From the human T2T-CHM13v2.0 reference genome, Homo sapiens, in NCBI RefSeq assembly GCF_009914755.1, contig NC_060947.1: a DNA stretch of 64,000 nucleotides. The stretch is one strand, 5' to 3'. Position numbers and translations under genes: made by a program. A model generated the notes under the pieces. It worked only from the letters and a program-made list of their open reading frames with translations, did not search any database and was not told the origin of the DNA. Shown here in pieces: positions 40,461 through 60,695 of the stretch (its first letter is position 1; every line of letters starts with the position of its first letter).

Positions 40461-41407
40461 TATAGATAGATACATTTGTGGATATGTATTAGGTGTATAT
40501 ATTTATGGGGTGCATGAGATGTTTTGATACAGGCATGCAATGTGAAATAAGCACATCATGGAGAATGGGGTATCCATCTTCTCAAGAGTTTATCCTTTGA
40601 GTTACAGAAAATCCAATGACACTTTTTAAGTTACTTTAAAATATACAATTAAGTTATTATTGACTATTGTCACCATATTGTGCTATCAAACAGTAGGTCT
40701 TATTCATTCTTTCTAATTTTTTGTACCCATTAGCCATCCCCACCTCCCTGCAAATCCCCCACTATCTTTCCCAGCCTCTGGTAATCATTTTTCTACTCTC
40801 TATGTCCGAGTTCAATTGTTTTGATTTTTAGCTGCCACAAATAAGTAAGATCATGCAATTTTTGTCTTTCTGTGCCTGGCTTATTTCACTTAACATAATG
40901 TCTTCCAGTTCCATCCATGGTTTTGCAAGTGATTGTATCTCATTCTTTTTATGACTGAATAGTACTCCATTGTATATATACCACATATTATTTATCCATT
41001 CATCTGTTGATAGGCACTTAGGTTGCTTCCAAATCTTAGCTATTGTAAGCAGTGCTGCAACAAACATGGGAGTGCAGGTATATCTTTGATACACTGATTT
41101 CCTTTCTTTTGGGTCTGTACCCAGCAGTGGGATGGCTGGATCACATGGTAACTCTATCTAGTTTCTTGAGGAACCTCTAAACTGTTCTCCATAGTGGTTT
41201 TACTAATTTACACTCCCACCAACCATGTACCAGGGTTTCTTTTTCTCCACATCTTCACCAGCATTGTTATAGCCTGTCTTTTGGATAAAAGCCATTTCAA
41301 CTGGGGCGAGATGCTATCTCATTTCAGTTCTGAGTTGCTTTTCTCTGATGATCAGTGATGTTGAGCAGGTTTTCATATGCCTGTTTGCCATTCATATGTC
41401 TTCTTTT

Positions 41408-43630
<2,223 letters not shown>

Positions 43631-46214
43631 TGATCAGATTATTAGATTTTTTTTCCTGTAGAGTTGTATGAGCTCCTTTTACATTCTGGTTATTAATCCC
43701 TTGTCAGATGGATACTTTGCAAATACATTCTCCCATTCTGTGAGTTGTCTTTTCAATTTGTTGATTGTTTCCTTGGCTGTGCAGAAGTTTTTTAACTTCA
43801 TGTGATCCCATTTGTCCACTTTTGCTTTGGTTGCTTGTGCTTGTTGCATAGTACTCAAAAAATTTGCCCACACCAGTGTCCTGTACAGATTCCTCAAAGT
43901 TTTGTTTTTAGTAGTTTCATACTTTGAGGTCATAGATTTAAGTATTTTATCTATTTGACTTAAGGAGTCTAGTTTCATTCTTCTGCATATGGATATCCAG
44001 TTTACGCAGCACCATTTAGAACAAACTGTCCTTTCCCCAATGCATGTTTTTGGCACCTTTGTCAAAAATGAGTTCACTAAAGACACATGGATTTGTTTCT
44101 GGGTTCTCTCTTCTGTTCAAATGGTCTATGTGTCTGTTTATGTGCCAGTACTATGATGTTTTGGTTTCTATAGGCCTGTAGTATAATTTGAAGCCAAGTA
44201 ATGTGATTCCTTCAGTTTTGTTCTTTTTTCTCAGGATAGCTTGGCTATTCTGGGGCTTTTGTGGTTCCATATACATTTTAGAATTGTTTTTCCTATTTCT
44301 ATGAATAATGTCATTGGCATTTTGTTGGGGATTGTATTGAATCTGTAGATTGCTTTGGGTACTGTGGATATTCTAACAATATTGCCTCTTCCAGTTCATG
44401 AACATGGAATATATTTCCATTTTGGGGTATCGTCTTTAATTTTTTTCATCAGTGTTTAATAGTTTTGCCATGGAGATCTTTCACTTCTTTGGTGAAGTTT
44501 ATTCCTAGGTAATTAATTTTACTTGTGCCTATTGTAAATGGGATTAATTTTTTATTTTTCAGATTTTTTTGCTGTTGACAGGTAGAAATGCTACTAATTT
44601 TTGTGTGTTGATTTTGTATCCTGCAACTTAACTGAATTTGTTTATCAGTTTTAAGGGCTTTTGGGCAGTGTCTATAGGTTTTTCCAAAAATAAGATTATA
44701 TTATCTGCAAACAAGGATAATTTGACTTTCCTTTCTAGTTTGGATGCCCTTTATTGTTTTCTGTTGTCTGATTGCTGTAGCCAGGACTTCCAGCTTCATC
44801 CATGTCCCTGCATAAACAAACAAGCAAAAAATAAAACTAATAAAAACTCTACAGGTTAACTTCATCCCCCTGCTTTTAAATTTTCTGTTGTTTCTATTTA
44901 TATCTTATTGTACTGTCTATGTCTTGAAAAGTTGTTGTAGTTATTATTTTTGATTTGTTCACCTTTTAATCTTTGTACTTAAGAGTAGTTTACACACCAC
45001 AATTACAAAGTAATAATATTCTGTGTTTTTTCTGGTACTTACTATTACCTGTGTGTTTTGTACCTTCAGATAATTTCTTATTGCTCATTAACATCCTCTT
45101 ATTTCTGATTGAAGAACTCTCTTTAGCATTTCTTGTAGGACAGGTGTGACATTGATAAAACCCCTCACCCTTTGTCTGGAAGAGTCTTTATTTCTCCTTC
45201 ATGTTTGAAGGATATTTTCACCAGATATACTATAATAGTTTAAAAGTTTTCTTTTTTCCTTCAGCATTTTAAATATGTCATGCCACTCTATCCTGACCTG
45301 TAAAGTTTCCACTGAAGGGTCTGCTGGCAGACATATTGGAGCTCCATTGTATGTTATTTGTTTCTTTTATCTTGCTTTTATAAGATTCTTTCTTTATCCT
45401 TGACCTTTGAAAGTTTGATTATTAAATGTCTTGAAGTAGTCTTCTTTGGGTTAAATCTGCTTGGTGTTCTATAACCTTCTTGTACTTGAATATTAGTATC
45501 TTTCTCTATGTTTGCAAGGTTCTCTATTATTGCCCCTTTGAATAAACTTGCCACCCCTATTTATTTCTCTACCTCCTCTTAAAGGCCAATAACTCTTAGA
45601 TTTGCCTTTTGAGGCTATATTCTAGATCCTGTAGGCTTTCTTTCTTTCTTTCACCATGCCTCGCTGCTTTATTGTTTTTTACTCTTTTTTCTTTTGTCTC
45701 GTCTGACTGTATTTTCAAAGAGCCTGTCTTTCAACTCACTAATACTTTCTTCTGCTTGATCAGTTCTGCTATTAAGAGACTCGGATGCATTCTTTAGTAT
45801 GTCAGCTGCATTTTTCAACTCCAGAATTCCCACTTGATTCTCTTTTTCAATCTGTTTGTGAAATTTTATCTGATAAAATTCTGAATTCCTTCTCATGTGA
45901 TATTAAATTTCTTTGAGTTTCCTCAGAACAGCTATTTTTTATCTCTATCTGAAAGGTCACATATCTCTGTCTCTCCAAATGGGCTCTTGGTGCCTTATTT
46001 CATTCATTTGGTGAGGTCATGTTTTCTTGGATAGTCTTGATGCTTGCAGATGTTTGTCATTGTCTGGGCATTGAAGAGTTAGGTACTTATTTTAGTCTTT
46101 GCATTCTCCGATTGTTTGTACCTATCCTTCTTGAAGGTTTTCCAGGTATTCAAGGGGACATGGGTGTTGTGATCTAAGCCATATCTGCATTAGGGGAGAC
46201 CCCTAGCCCAGTAA

Positions 46215-48867
<2,653 letters not shown>

Positions 48868-50899
48868 CCAAAATAATTCTCTGGATTACCAGGCAGAGAC
48901 TCTTGTTCCCTTCCCTTACTTTCTCCCGAACAAATGGAGTCTCTGTCTGTGCTGAACTGCCTGGAGCTGAGGGTGGGAGGACATGAGATCCCCTGTGGCT
49001 ACCACTTGGACTGCGCTGGCTCAGACCTGAAGCCAGCATAGCACTAGGTCTTATCCACAGCCCACTATAATCACTATCTATCTACTGCCTGTGTTTGCTC
49101 AAGTCCTTAGGGCTCTGCAATCACCAAGTGGCAAAGCCGGCCAGGCTTCTATCCTTCCGTTCAAGGCAGTGAGTTCCCCCAGGATCGAGGTAGCTCAGGA
49201 GATGCCATCCAGGAGCCAGGGATTAGCATTCAGAAACCTTAGAAATCTCCTTGGCCCTCTATTCTGTTGTAGCTAACCTGGGGCTCAAACCATGAGACAA
49301 AGTCCTTCTCATGGTTCCCTCCCCTTTCCATAGACAGAGAAGCCTCTTTCCATGGCCACCACCACAGAACTACAGGGGGTACTTCTAGGCTAACACTGAT
49401 GTTCACTGAAGGCCCAAGGACTCTTCAGTCAGCTTGTGGTGAATGCTGCCAAGCCTGTGACTCACCCTTCAGGGCAGGTCTAAGAATGCCATCCAAGTGG
49501 CAAGGCCTGGAATTAGGGACCCCAAGAGCCCACTTTGTGCTCTACTCCACTGTGACTAAGCTGGAACCTGAAGCTAGTATGTCTCAGAGCCTCACTTAAG
49601 GCCCACAGCTTACTACCTGGTAATTGCTGCTGGTTCTCAGGGCTCAAGGGTTCTTTCATCAGCAGGTGATAAATCCTCCCAGGATTGGGTTTTTTCCTTC
49701 AAAGCAGTATGTTCTCTTCTGGCCCAGGTATATCTAGATATGTCATCTGAAAGCTGGGGCCTGGAATAAGTGCCTCACAACTCTGCCCGGTGCCCTATCC
49801 TACTGTGGATGGGCTGGTACCCAGGATGGAAAAGTCCTCTTCACTGGTCCCTTTCCTTTCCTCAAAAAGAAGGAATGATTCACCCTTGCTGTGAGCTGCA
49901 TTGCCTGAGCTTGGGGGAAGGGTGGCACAATCACTTCCTTAGCCACCCCATCTGGTATCCCACATCCACTGGGTCTGCACCCAGCACAGAACTAGGACTT
50001 ACCTAGGAATTGCAGTCCTTGTGGCCTAGACTGCCTTTCAAGTTTATTAGGACCCCAGAGAACTTTAGCCCATGGTGGCAAGGCTTGCCAAAACTTAAGT
50101 TCTGACCAGGACGGGTGATTCCTCTCTGGTTATGGCCAGTCTACATGCTCCCTCCTTGAGCAGGCACTGGCAGAATTTAGCCTGGTTTTGCTGTCCGCTG
50201 CGATAGAGCAACACTGAATTCAATGCAGGATCCCACAATTGCTGTGCTTTCCTTCTCTCAAGTGCAGATTTTCCCCATTCCATGTGGCCTCTGCTGGGGT
50301 GGATGATGGAGGGGTGGCTTCAGCAATTCAACATAGTCCTTCCCGCTCTATTCAGTGCTTCTTACAGCTATATGAAGTTAAAATCAGCTACTGTGTTTGC
50401 TCACTGATTTTCAGTTCTTATGAAGGTACTTTTTTTGTGTGTAGATAGTTGTTAAATTGGTGTTCCTGTGGGGGATGATGATTGGTGAAGGCTTCTATTC
50501 AGCCATCTTACACTGCCCTTGTCTACCAAATTGTTAAACATGGTTTTTTTTTCTGGCTATGGTATAAAAATATTTTTCTAGAAAAATGCTTTTTTTCTCT
50601 TGCATACAGTCCTTCTGGAGAAAATGTTCAGATACAAATTTTAAAATGATTTTTTTAATGTAAAGTTTTGCTTACTGTTTGAGACACCCTGGCAACAATA
50701 GAAGAAAAAACTTAACCCTGGTACCTGGGGAGCTGATCAGGATGGAAAAGGGCATTAACGTCATTTATTTTGCAGAATCACGACTGAAAGCTTTCCCCTT
50801 TTCCTGAAAAACCAAAAGGAATGAACAAAACACTTTCCTACTGCCTTTCCAAGCTACTTTGAGTGCTTTGGCTTCAGACTGATTACTGTGTGTGTGTGA

Positions 50900-51630
50900 T
50901 CATACCTGATAGTGTTGACTATAAGAAAACTGTAGCTTCTATAGTATTAACTAAGAAAAGACACCTCCAGATGTTGTCCACACTCATGAGGCTGATAAAC
51001 TGAGGTCACAGACAAACAAAACTTTAAAACTGACTGCCTCAGGAAATACCTCTAAAAGCAAGAACTAATCTAAATTATTTAGACTGGACTGAGGATCTTT
51101 GGGCAAGAGGCCCTGCAATGGAAGGCTGCATTGAAAGCTCTGTTAACCTAATTGTCTGCTTAATGTTTGTCCTACTTAGTATGACCTAACATTGTGAACT
51201 CTTTATTTTCAAAGATATCATGTGTACTTTCTAGGACTGTATTTCTTATGCACATACCGTGACTTTCATGACACTGCCTCAGCCCTGAAAGCCATTCAGG
51301 TCAGCTTCAATTTAATGGCCAGAATTGTGCTGTGCCTTAATTGATACCTCAGCAAAGGTTTGAAAAATCTTTATATAGAAATTTTCAAAATAAACCTCCT
51401 GGCTTTCTAACATGGACCTTAATGGGCTATGGGACATATTTTTTTCTGGCAGGACAACAGTTGAGGCTCATGTTTCCTCCATACAAGCCTGATCATCCTG
51501 CTTAAAGTGATCTTGATCATGGCCTTGGTAATATTGCCTCAGAGCAGTTAGCAGGTGATTGTCACAGCCCTTCAAAGTCTACCCTATTCAGGTCCATGAT
51601 GGGTAGCCCATGTTTCTTATTCATGTCCTG
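50900..51630 (+). mobile_element. Possible ERV internal 3' non-coding remnant
   Basis: Resembles MER4-group internal 3' text; weak. Confidence 0.35.
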
Positions 51631-51719
51631 AAAAATCAAGGAGTGAAGTCGAAGAGTCCAGATCCTAGTTAAAAACCTACATACAATTTTTCAAGCCTGA
51701 CCATAGGCACCGCAATGGC

Positions 51720-52345
51720 TTTACCTGGCCAACCTCATAGGAAAAAGCTGTTTTCCCAACACAAAACACAAATGTGGAGTATAGCCAATGCATTGTAATC
51801 TCAGAAAGGAATTGCCAGCAAGGACTCATGCCTACCTGACTGGACATGCTTTTATACATACCTGCATTCCTAGTCCAGCCACCTCCATTTGGAATCCTCT
51901 TTATTCGGGATCTTCTGCAAAGGGCTTCCTTTGGTTTTGAACCAAAATCTCATTATGAGGGGTGGATAGTGGAAGAGACTTGAAGTCATTTCCCCCCCTA
52001 CTCTGGCTCAGTAATCAGTACTTTTCCACTCTTATCCCTTCCCTCTCCTCCTTTCCATGACCCACAGGTCCATAAAACTGCAGGAACCTTTAGTTCAGAG
52101 CTCCCTCAACAGTGAGATGACCCCCATGTGTGTACCCATCCACCTGATCTTTGACCAGTACCATTCCATGCAGAAAAGTGGAATGTAGGGGGCGGGTAGC
52201 ACTTTTCTGGTTTAGCCTCTTGCAGTAACCAATTAAGGGCTTGACCTTTAATTTGAGTAACTTTGAGTTTGACTTGTTGTCTTAATCAGCTCTTCTGATA
52301 CTTGACAATTCAGTACTGTCTCCAACTCACCTGAGCTCCTGATAC
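51720..52345 (+). mobile_element. ERVL-type LTR (MER74-like)
   Basis: ccataaaactgcagg...ctccctcaacagtgagatgacccc...ttgttgtcttaatc...gagctcctgataca. Confidence 0.55.
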
Positions 52346-53630
52346 AAAACTCATTTAAAAAATTAAAAATGTTACATTAGAAAATATTCACTTAATGCAA
52401 AAGAAGACAGTGAAGCAGAAATAGAAAAACAAAAATTGCATGTGACATACAAAATGAAGGTAAATGGTAGATAGAAGTATAAATATATTAATAATAACAT
52501 AGAGTGTGAATGCACTAAGCATTCCAATAAAAAGACAGTGATTCTTAGACTGGATAAAACTATAAGATTAAAGTATATGCTATCTACAAAAGACACAATT
52601 TAGAGTTAAAGATACAAATAGATTGATAATAAAAGGATGTAAGAAGATACATCATGCAAACAGCAAGCTCAAGAAAGGTGTAATGGCTATACTAATAACA
52701 GACAAAATAGATTTTAAAACAAAATGTTACTTGAGATAAAAAACATTTTACAATAATAAAAGATGAATTCATCAGTAAGATATTATGATCATAAAGCAGT
52801 AAAATACATAAAGCAGAAACTGATGAAACGAAAAGAGAAATAGATGATTTAACAATAATAATTGGAGTTTCAATCCTGGATAGAAAAACTAGACAGAAGA
52901 TGAATAAGGAAATAAGTAATGAAACAACAATAGAAAATCTAACCCAATAGACATCTACAAAACACCCCCAAACAGTAAAATACACAGTCTTCTCAAATGT
53001 ACATGTAAACATTCCTTAGGATATGTTATATGACATGATATAAAACAAATCTCAATACAGTTAAAGTAAAAGAAATAATTCAAAACATGTTCTTTGACTA
53101 TAATAGAATGAAATTAGCAATCTGTAATCAAAATGAATTCGAAAAACTCACAAATATGTGGTAAACAGCATACCCTTAAATAACTAATGAGTCGAAAATG
53201 ATGAAAAGGAAATTGGAAAATACTTTAAGAAGAATTAAAACAAAGACACAGCAGAGTGAAATTTATTGATTTTAGGTAAAGCAGCGCTTAGAGGAAAATT
53301 TATAGCTGTAAATGCCTCTATTAAAAGAGAAGGAAGACCTTAAATCAATTACTGCACCTTGCACTTTAAGACACTAGAAAACAAAAAGGCAAAGCTCAAC
53401 CCAGAGCAAGGTGAAGAATGGAAATAATAAAGATTAGGGGAGAAATTAATAAAATACAGTATAGAAAAATGGTAGAGGAAATAAATGTAGCCAAATCCTG
53501 TTCTTGAAATGATCAATAAAATTGGCAAAAATTTAGATAGATTCACCATTAAAAAAGAGAAGGCTCAAATTACTAGAATCAGAAACAAAAGAGGGGATAC
53601 AATACTTATCCTTCAGAAATGAAAAGAACT
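52346..53630 (+). mobile_element. Old L1M ORF2 endonuclease-region fragment
   Basis: tatatgctatctacaaaagacacaatttaga...aataacagacaaaatagattttaaa...gaggaaaatttatagc. Confidence 0.85.
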
Positions 53631-54775
53631 TTTGTAGCTTAGGGTGGCAGTTAGACAATAATGTATGACAACCCCAATCTACTGGTTCTACTATCACTTA
53701 GTTTCAGGTGTTGTATGTGGTGCATCACAGACCACTAGGATAATAATATTTTGATGGAATTTGTGAACCTTTCAGTAGTCCACTTGAACAGCAATAGAGG
53801 ATATTACGGAGCACTTGAAATGTTAGCATGGTGCCCCAGCCACCATGCTAGCCCTTCCTAGACCCATCTAGGAAGGTTTGTATATAGGTGGTGGATGGCT
53901 GGGTGAAGGGAGAAGTAATGACTACCAAATAAGTTCGAAAAGACTATGTGGTTATGGAGGGAGAACAACCACCCCGGCACCTAGATTTGAGTTTTGTGAC
54001 TTTGAGAAGTGCAAGGATTGGGAGAAATCAACATTTTTTTTCCTTGGATTCAGCACACCAGCATGGCAAAACAACCCTTTAGTCAAGTAGCAAAAGTAGC
54101 TGATTATTTGACCTGTTTCTGGTTTTGCAATCCCCATCTACATGCTAAGGGAATTCACGTCTATCTCTTGATGTCTTAGTAGCCTTGGAGTACTTCATGA
54201 ATGGCTGTCAATGTTGTATCTACTCAGTAGCACTGCCATTGTGGCTTTGTGGCTTAACCAAATCACTGTAAAGCTGATCCAAATCAAGTGTAACATGAAA
54301 TCTCAAACTGGAGGGTCCTGTGTCACCTTGAGTTTTATGTTTTATATGTTGTAGAGTTGGCTACAGAACATCTTTACATTGGGGATGTGTATGACATTTT
54401 ATTATATTATTACCACCTTTAATGAGCGATAGCAACACAATCCCCTGGACCCCTTAGTGGACCACTAAGTAAAGAGAATTGTCCTACCCAAGTAGGTACA
54501 TTGACTTCTGATTTCATACAGCAGCATGAATACAACTCCCTAAAATCAGCGTCTTCACCATAGAGACAATGGTCAGGAACCTATCCATTACCTTTAGCTA
54601 CTATGGCCAACAAGATAGATCAATAGACCTATTTAGACTCCCTTGAGTAGGTTTTAATGAAATTAGTCTTACCATAGAATACATTTAGGTTTAACAGGGA
54701 GGCTATGTATGGTCATTAGCATCTTCACGTTTGACTTAATTCCCCCAGCCAGGTGAAACAGTTTAGCTAACCTAC
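53630..54775 (+). mobile_element. Decayed ERV env-like remnant
   Basis: 54630-54760 reads like TM/ISD text (YLDSL...QGG.C...NSP.QVKQ) with stops; boundaries approximate. Confidence 0.45.
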
Positions 54776-54799
54776 CAGTTTAGGCTGGTTACCCTGCAA

Positions 54800-55280
54800 A
54801 GTTGTGACACTTTCCTCCAGCACTGAACCCAAAACTGGTATTTGGTGCCATGTCCTCAAATCTAGTGTGCGTGAATCTGGCAACAAAGAGGTGAAAACTG
54901 GATTGCCTCCTTTCACACATCATTATCATTCATTAAATTTTAGGGTCTGCCAGAATAGATATCCTGCTTCCCAGGAGAGAATGCTTACACTAAGTGAAAG
55001 CTTACAACCTAATCACTTCAGTGTCCTCATGGAAGTGGATCAGTAGGCAAAGAGTTAGTACACTAACGGGACAAATTGAACCTGATTACAATGCAGAGCT
55101 AGGATTGCTGTTACATAATGGGAATAGGGAAGAATATGCCTGAAACCAAGATTCTTTTATGCTTCTGTGCCTTGTGACAATGATAAATGGGAAATTGTGG
55201 GAACCATGGCTTGCAAAGGAAATTAAGGGTTCAGATATTTGGGGGATTAAGTTCTGAGTCAACCTACCAGGCATAAAGTA
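54800..55280 (+). mobile_element. ERVL internal dUTPase-region fragment
   Basis: cctgattacaatgcagagctaggattgctgttacataatgg; homologous to 4760-5120. Confidence 0.6.
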
Positions 55281-58200
55281 GAAAAATATTTATTTCCACG
55301 GGACTGTCTACTGACATCTGGGACTATGACACTTCTATTAAACCTCTTGCATAAGTATTTGCATAGATTTCAGCTGGCCACTATGGTAAATATGATTTTG
55401 AAATGAATTATACTTAATGATGTGATTAAGCAGACCCAAGCACTTTATTATGTTGTCCATATAAGGTATTCTTTCTGCAATTCTGAGTTTCCTGGCTTCA
55501 TGATGCCTAAATGTGCTTTAGTATTGAACCCATCTACCTTTAGGTAGTGCCCTCATATTGTCAAGAATCATTTGTCATTCAGGCCCAAAGATTTCTTATT
55601 TATTCAACTCATTATAAGAATCTCCTCAAGAGGCAATAGGTGAAGATTGAGAGTAAGAAGCCAATGAAACAAGAATATGGGCAAGGGGAATCGGGGCCAC
55701 TTGAGGTTTTTTTTTCTGACACCGTGTAAGTTATGTCTTTTCCAACACTAGTTCTCCATTTTTTTAAAGTTTTTTTTTTGAAAATTTTATTTGAGGTTCA
55801 GGGATATGTGTGCAGGTTTGGTATATATGTAAACTCGTGTCATGGGATTTTTTTTGTACAGATTATTTCATCACCCATGTATTAAGCCTAGTGCCCATTA
55901 ATTATATTATTCTATGCCTCTCTTTCCTCCCACTTTCCAGCTTCTGGTAGGCAATAGGGTCTGCTGTTCCCCTCTTTGTGTCCACGTGTTTGCATCATTT
56001 AGTTTCCACTTATAAGTGGAATATTTTGTTCCTGTTCCTGTGTCAGTTTGCTAAGGGTAATAGCCACCAGCTCCATTCATGTTCCTGGAAAGGACATGAT
56101 ATCCTTTTTTGATGGCTGCATAGTATTCCATGGTGTATATGTACTACATTTTCTTTATCCAGTCTTCCATTGATGGGCATTTAGGTTGATTCCATGTCTT
56201 TGCCATTATGAATAGTGCTGCAATGAACATACATGTGCATGTGTCTTTATAATAGAATGATTTATATTGCTTTGGGTATGTACCCAGTAATGAGATTGCT
56301 GGGTTGAATGGTAGTTCCATTTTTAGTTATTTGAGGAATCACAATACTGCTTTCCACAATGGTTGAACTAATTTACACTACAACCGACAGTGTATTAGCA
56401 TTACCCTTTCTCTGTAATATTCAGCAGCATATGTTATTTTTTGACTTTTTAGTAGCCATTCTGACTGCTGTCAGATGACATATCATTGTGGTTTTGATTT
56501 TCATTTATCTAATGATTAGTGATATTGAGCTATTTTTCATATGCTTGTTGTCCAAATGTATGTCCTCCTTTGAAAAGTGTCTGTCATGTCCTTTGCCTAC
56601 TTTTTCAATGGGGTTGTTTTTTTTTCTTGCAAATTGGTTTAAGTTCCTTATAGATACTGAATATTAGACCTTTGTCACACACATAGTTTGCAAAAATTTT
56701 CTCCCTTCCTGTAGGTTGTCTGTTTACTCTGTTGATAGTTACTTTTGCTGTGCAGAAGCTCTTTAGTTTAATTAAGTCCCATTTGTCCATTTTTGGTTTT
56801 GTTACAATTGCTTTTGGTGTCTTCCTCATGAAATCTTTGCCCATCCCTATGTCCAGAATGGTATTGCATAGGTTATCTCACAGAGCTTTTATTGTTTTGA
56901 GTTTTACATTTAAGTCTTTAATTCATCTTGAGATGATTTTTGTATATGGTGAAAGGAAAGGGTCCAGTTTCAGTCTTCAGCAAATGGCTAGCCAGTTATC
57001 CCAGCACCATTTATTGAATAAGGAAGTCCTTTCCCTATTGCTTGTTTTTGTCAGCTTTGTGGAGGATCAGATGATTGTAGGTGTGCAGCCTTATTTCTAG
57101 GCTCTCTATTCTGTTCCATTGGTGTATGTCTGTTTTTGTACCAGTACCATGCTGTTTTTATTACCACATCCATGTAATATGGTTGGAAGTTGGGTAGCAT
57201 GATGCCTCCTGCTTTGTTCTTTTTGCTTAGTACAGCCTTGGCTATTCAGGCTCATTTGGTTCCATATGAATTTTAAAATAGCTTTTTCTAATTCTAGGAA
57301 GGATGTCATTGGCAGTTTGATAGGAATAGCATTGAATCTGAAAATTGCTGTGGACAGCATGGCCATGTTAATAATCTTGATTCTTCTTATACATGAACAT
57401 GGGATGTTTTTCTATGTGTTTGTGTCATCTCTGATGTTTTTGAGGAGTCGTTTGTAGTTCTCATTGCAGAAGTCTTTCACCTCCTTGGTTAGCTGTATTC
57501 CTAGTTATTTTATTCTTTTGTTGCCAATTGTGAATGGGATTGTGTTCCTGATTTGGCTCTTGCCTTGGCTGTTGTTGGTTTATAGAAATGCTAGTGATTT
57601 TTCTACATTGATTTTTGTATTGTGAGACTTCACTGAAGTAGTTTATCAGCTTAAGTAGCTTTTTGGCTGAGACTACGGGATTATCTAGGTATAGTCATGT
57701 CATCTGCACACAAGCATAGTTTGACTTCCTCTGTTCCTATTTGGATGCCTTTATTTCTTTCTCTTGCCTGACTGCATTGGCTAGGACTTCCAATACTATG
57801 TTTGATTAGGGAATGGTGAGAGAGGGCATCATTTTCTTGTGCTGGTTTTCAAGGGGATTGCTTCCAGCTTTTGCCCATTCAGTATGATGTTGGCTGTGGG
57901 TGTGTCATAGATGGCTGTCGTTATTTTGAGATATATTCCTTCAATACCTAGTTTGTTGAGAGTTTTTAACATGAAAGGATAGCAAATTTTATCAAAAGCT
58001 TTTTCTATATCTATTGAGATGATCATGTGGTTTTTGTCTTTACTTCCATTTATGTGATGAATTACATTTTTGATTTGTGTATGTTGAACCAATCTTGTAC
58101 CCCAGGGATAAAGCCTACTTGATAATGGTGGATTAGCTTTTTAATGTGCTGCTGGATTTGTTTTGCTAGTATTTTGTTGAGGATTTTTGCATCAGTGTTT

Positions 58201-59655
58201 ATCAGGGATATGGGCATGATGTTTTTGTTGTTGTTGTTGTTGTGCCTTTGCCAGGTTTTGGTATCAGGAAAATGCTAGCCTCTTAGAATAAATTGGGAGC
58301 AGTCCCTCCTTCTCAATTTGTTGGAATAGTTTCAATAGGAATGATACCAGCTCTTCTGTGCACATCTGGTAGAATTCAGCTATCAATTGGTCTGGTCCAG
58401 GGCTTTTTTTTTTTTGATTGTTAAGATATTTATTACTGATATAATTTCTGAACTCATTATTGGTCTGCTGTTCAGGGATTCAATTTCTTCCTGGTACAAT
58501 CTTGGGAGGGTGTATGTGTGCAGAAATTTATCTATTTCTTCTAGATTTTCTAGTTTGTCTGCATAGAGGTGTTCATAATAGTTTCTGATGGTTATTTGTA
58601 TTTCTGTGGGGTCAGTAGTAATATCCTGTGTCCTTTCTGTGGTTTTTTTTTGGATCTTCTCTCTTTTCTTTTTTATTAGTCTAGCTAGCAGTCTATTTTA
58701 TTAATTTCTTAGAAAAATCAGATACTGACTTTATTAATGTTTTATTGGTTTTTCATGTCTCAATTGCCTTCATTTCAGCTTTGATTTTGGTTATTTATTG
58801 TAACCTGCTAGCTGTGGGGTTGGTTTGCTCTTGGTTCTCGAGTTCTTTTAGTTGTGATATTATGTTGATTTGAGATCCTTCTACCCTTCTGATGTGGGCA
58901 TTTAGTGCTATAAATTTCCCTCTTAACACTGCCTCAGCTGTGACCCAGAGATTCTGGCATGTTGTAAATTTGTTCTCTTTAGTTTCAAAGGAATTCTTGA
59001 TTTCTGTCTTAATTTCATTATTTACCCAAAAGTCATTCAGGAGCTGGTTATTTTCATGTAATCATATAGTTTTGAGCGATTTTCTTAGTCTCGAATTCTA
59101 ATTTTGTTGTGCTGTGGTCCAAGAGAGTGGATGGCATGATTTCAGTTCTTTTGCATTTGCTGAGGATTGTTTAATGTCCAATTGTGTGGTTAATTTTAGA
59201 ATATGTGCCATGTACAGATGAGAATAATATATAGTCTGTTGTTTTCGTGTGGAGAGTTTTGTGTATGTTTATAAGATCTTTTTGCTCCACTGTTGAGTTT
59301 GGGTTCTGAATATCTTTGTTAATTTTCTGCCTCGATAATCTGTCTAATAGTGTCTGTGGGGTGTTAAAGTCTCCCACTATTATTGTATGGGAGTCTAAGT
59401 ACCTTTGCAAGTCTCTAAGAATATGCTTTATTAATCTGGGTGCTCCTGTGTTGGGTGCATATGTATTTAGGATAGTTAGGTATCTTCTTGCTTAATTGAA
59501 CCCTTTACCACTATGGAATGTCCTTCTTTGTCTTTTTAAATCTTTGTTCATTTAATGTGTCTTGCTGAAATTAGGATTGCAGCCTCTGCTTTTTTTCTGT
59601 TTTTTATTTTCTTGGTAGATTTTTCTCCATTCCTTTATTTTGAGCCTATGGGTGT

Positions 59656-60367
<712 letters not shown>

Positions 60368-60587
60368 GGTATTGTTGCATGTGAGATGGGTCTCTTGAAG
60401 ACAGTGTACCATTGGGTCTTGCTTATTTATCCAGCTTGTCACTCCATGTCTTTTAACTGGGACATTTTTCCCATTTATATTCAAGGTTAGTATAGATATA
60501 TGTATTTAATCCTGTCATCATGTTGTTAGTTGTTTATTTTTCCAGCTTGTTCATGGTTACGTTATAGTGTCACCGGTCTGTGTACTT

Positions 60588-60695
60588 AAGTGTGTTTTTG
60601 TAGTGGCTGGGAATGGTCTTTCCTTTCCATATTTAGGCTTCAAGTGTGTTTTTGTAGTGGCTGGAAATGGTCTTTCCTTTCCCTATTTAGGCTTC
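60588..60695. repeat. 54-bp tandem duplication near the L1 ORF1/ORF2 spacer
   Basis: Copies 60588-60641 and 60642-60695 differ at 2 positions. Confidence 0.92.
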
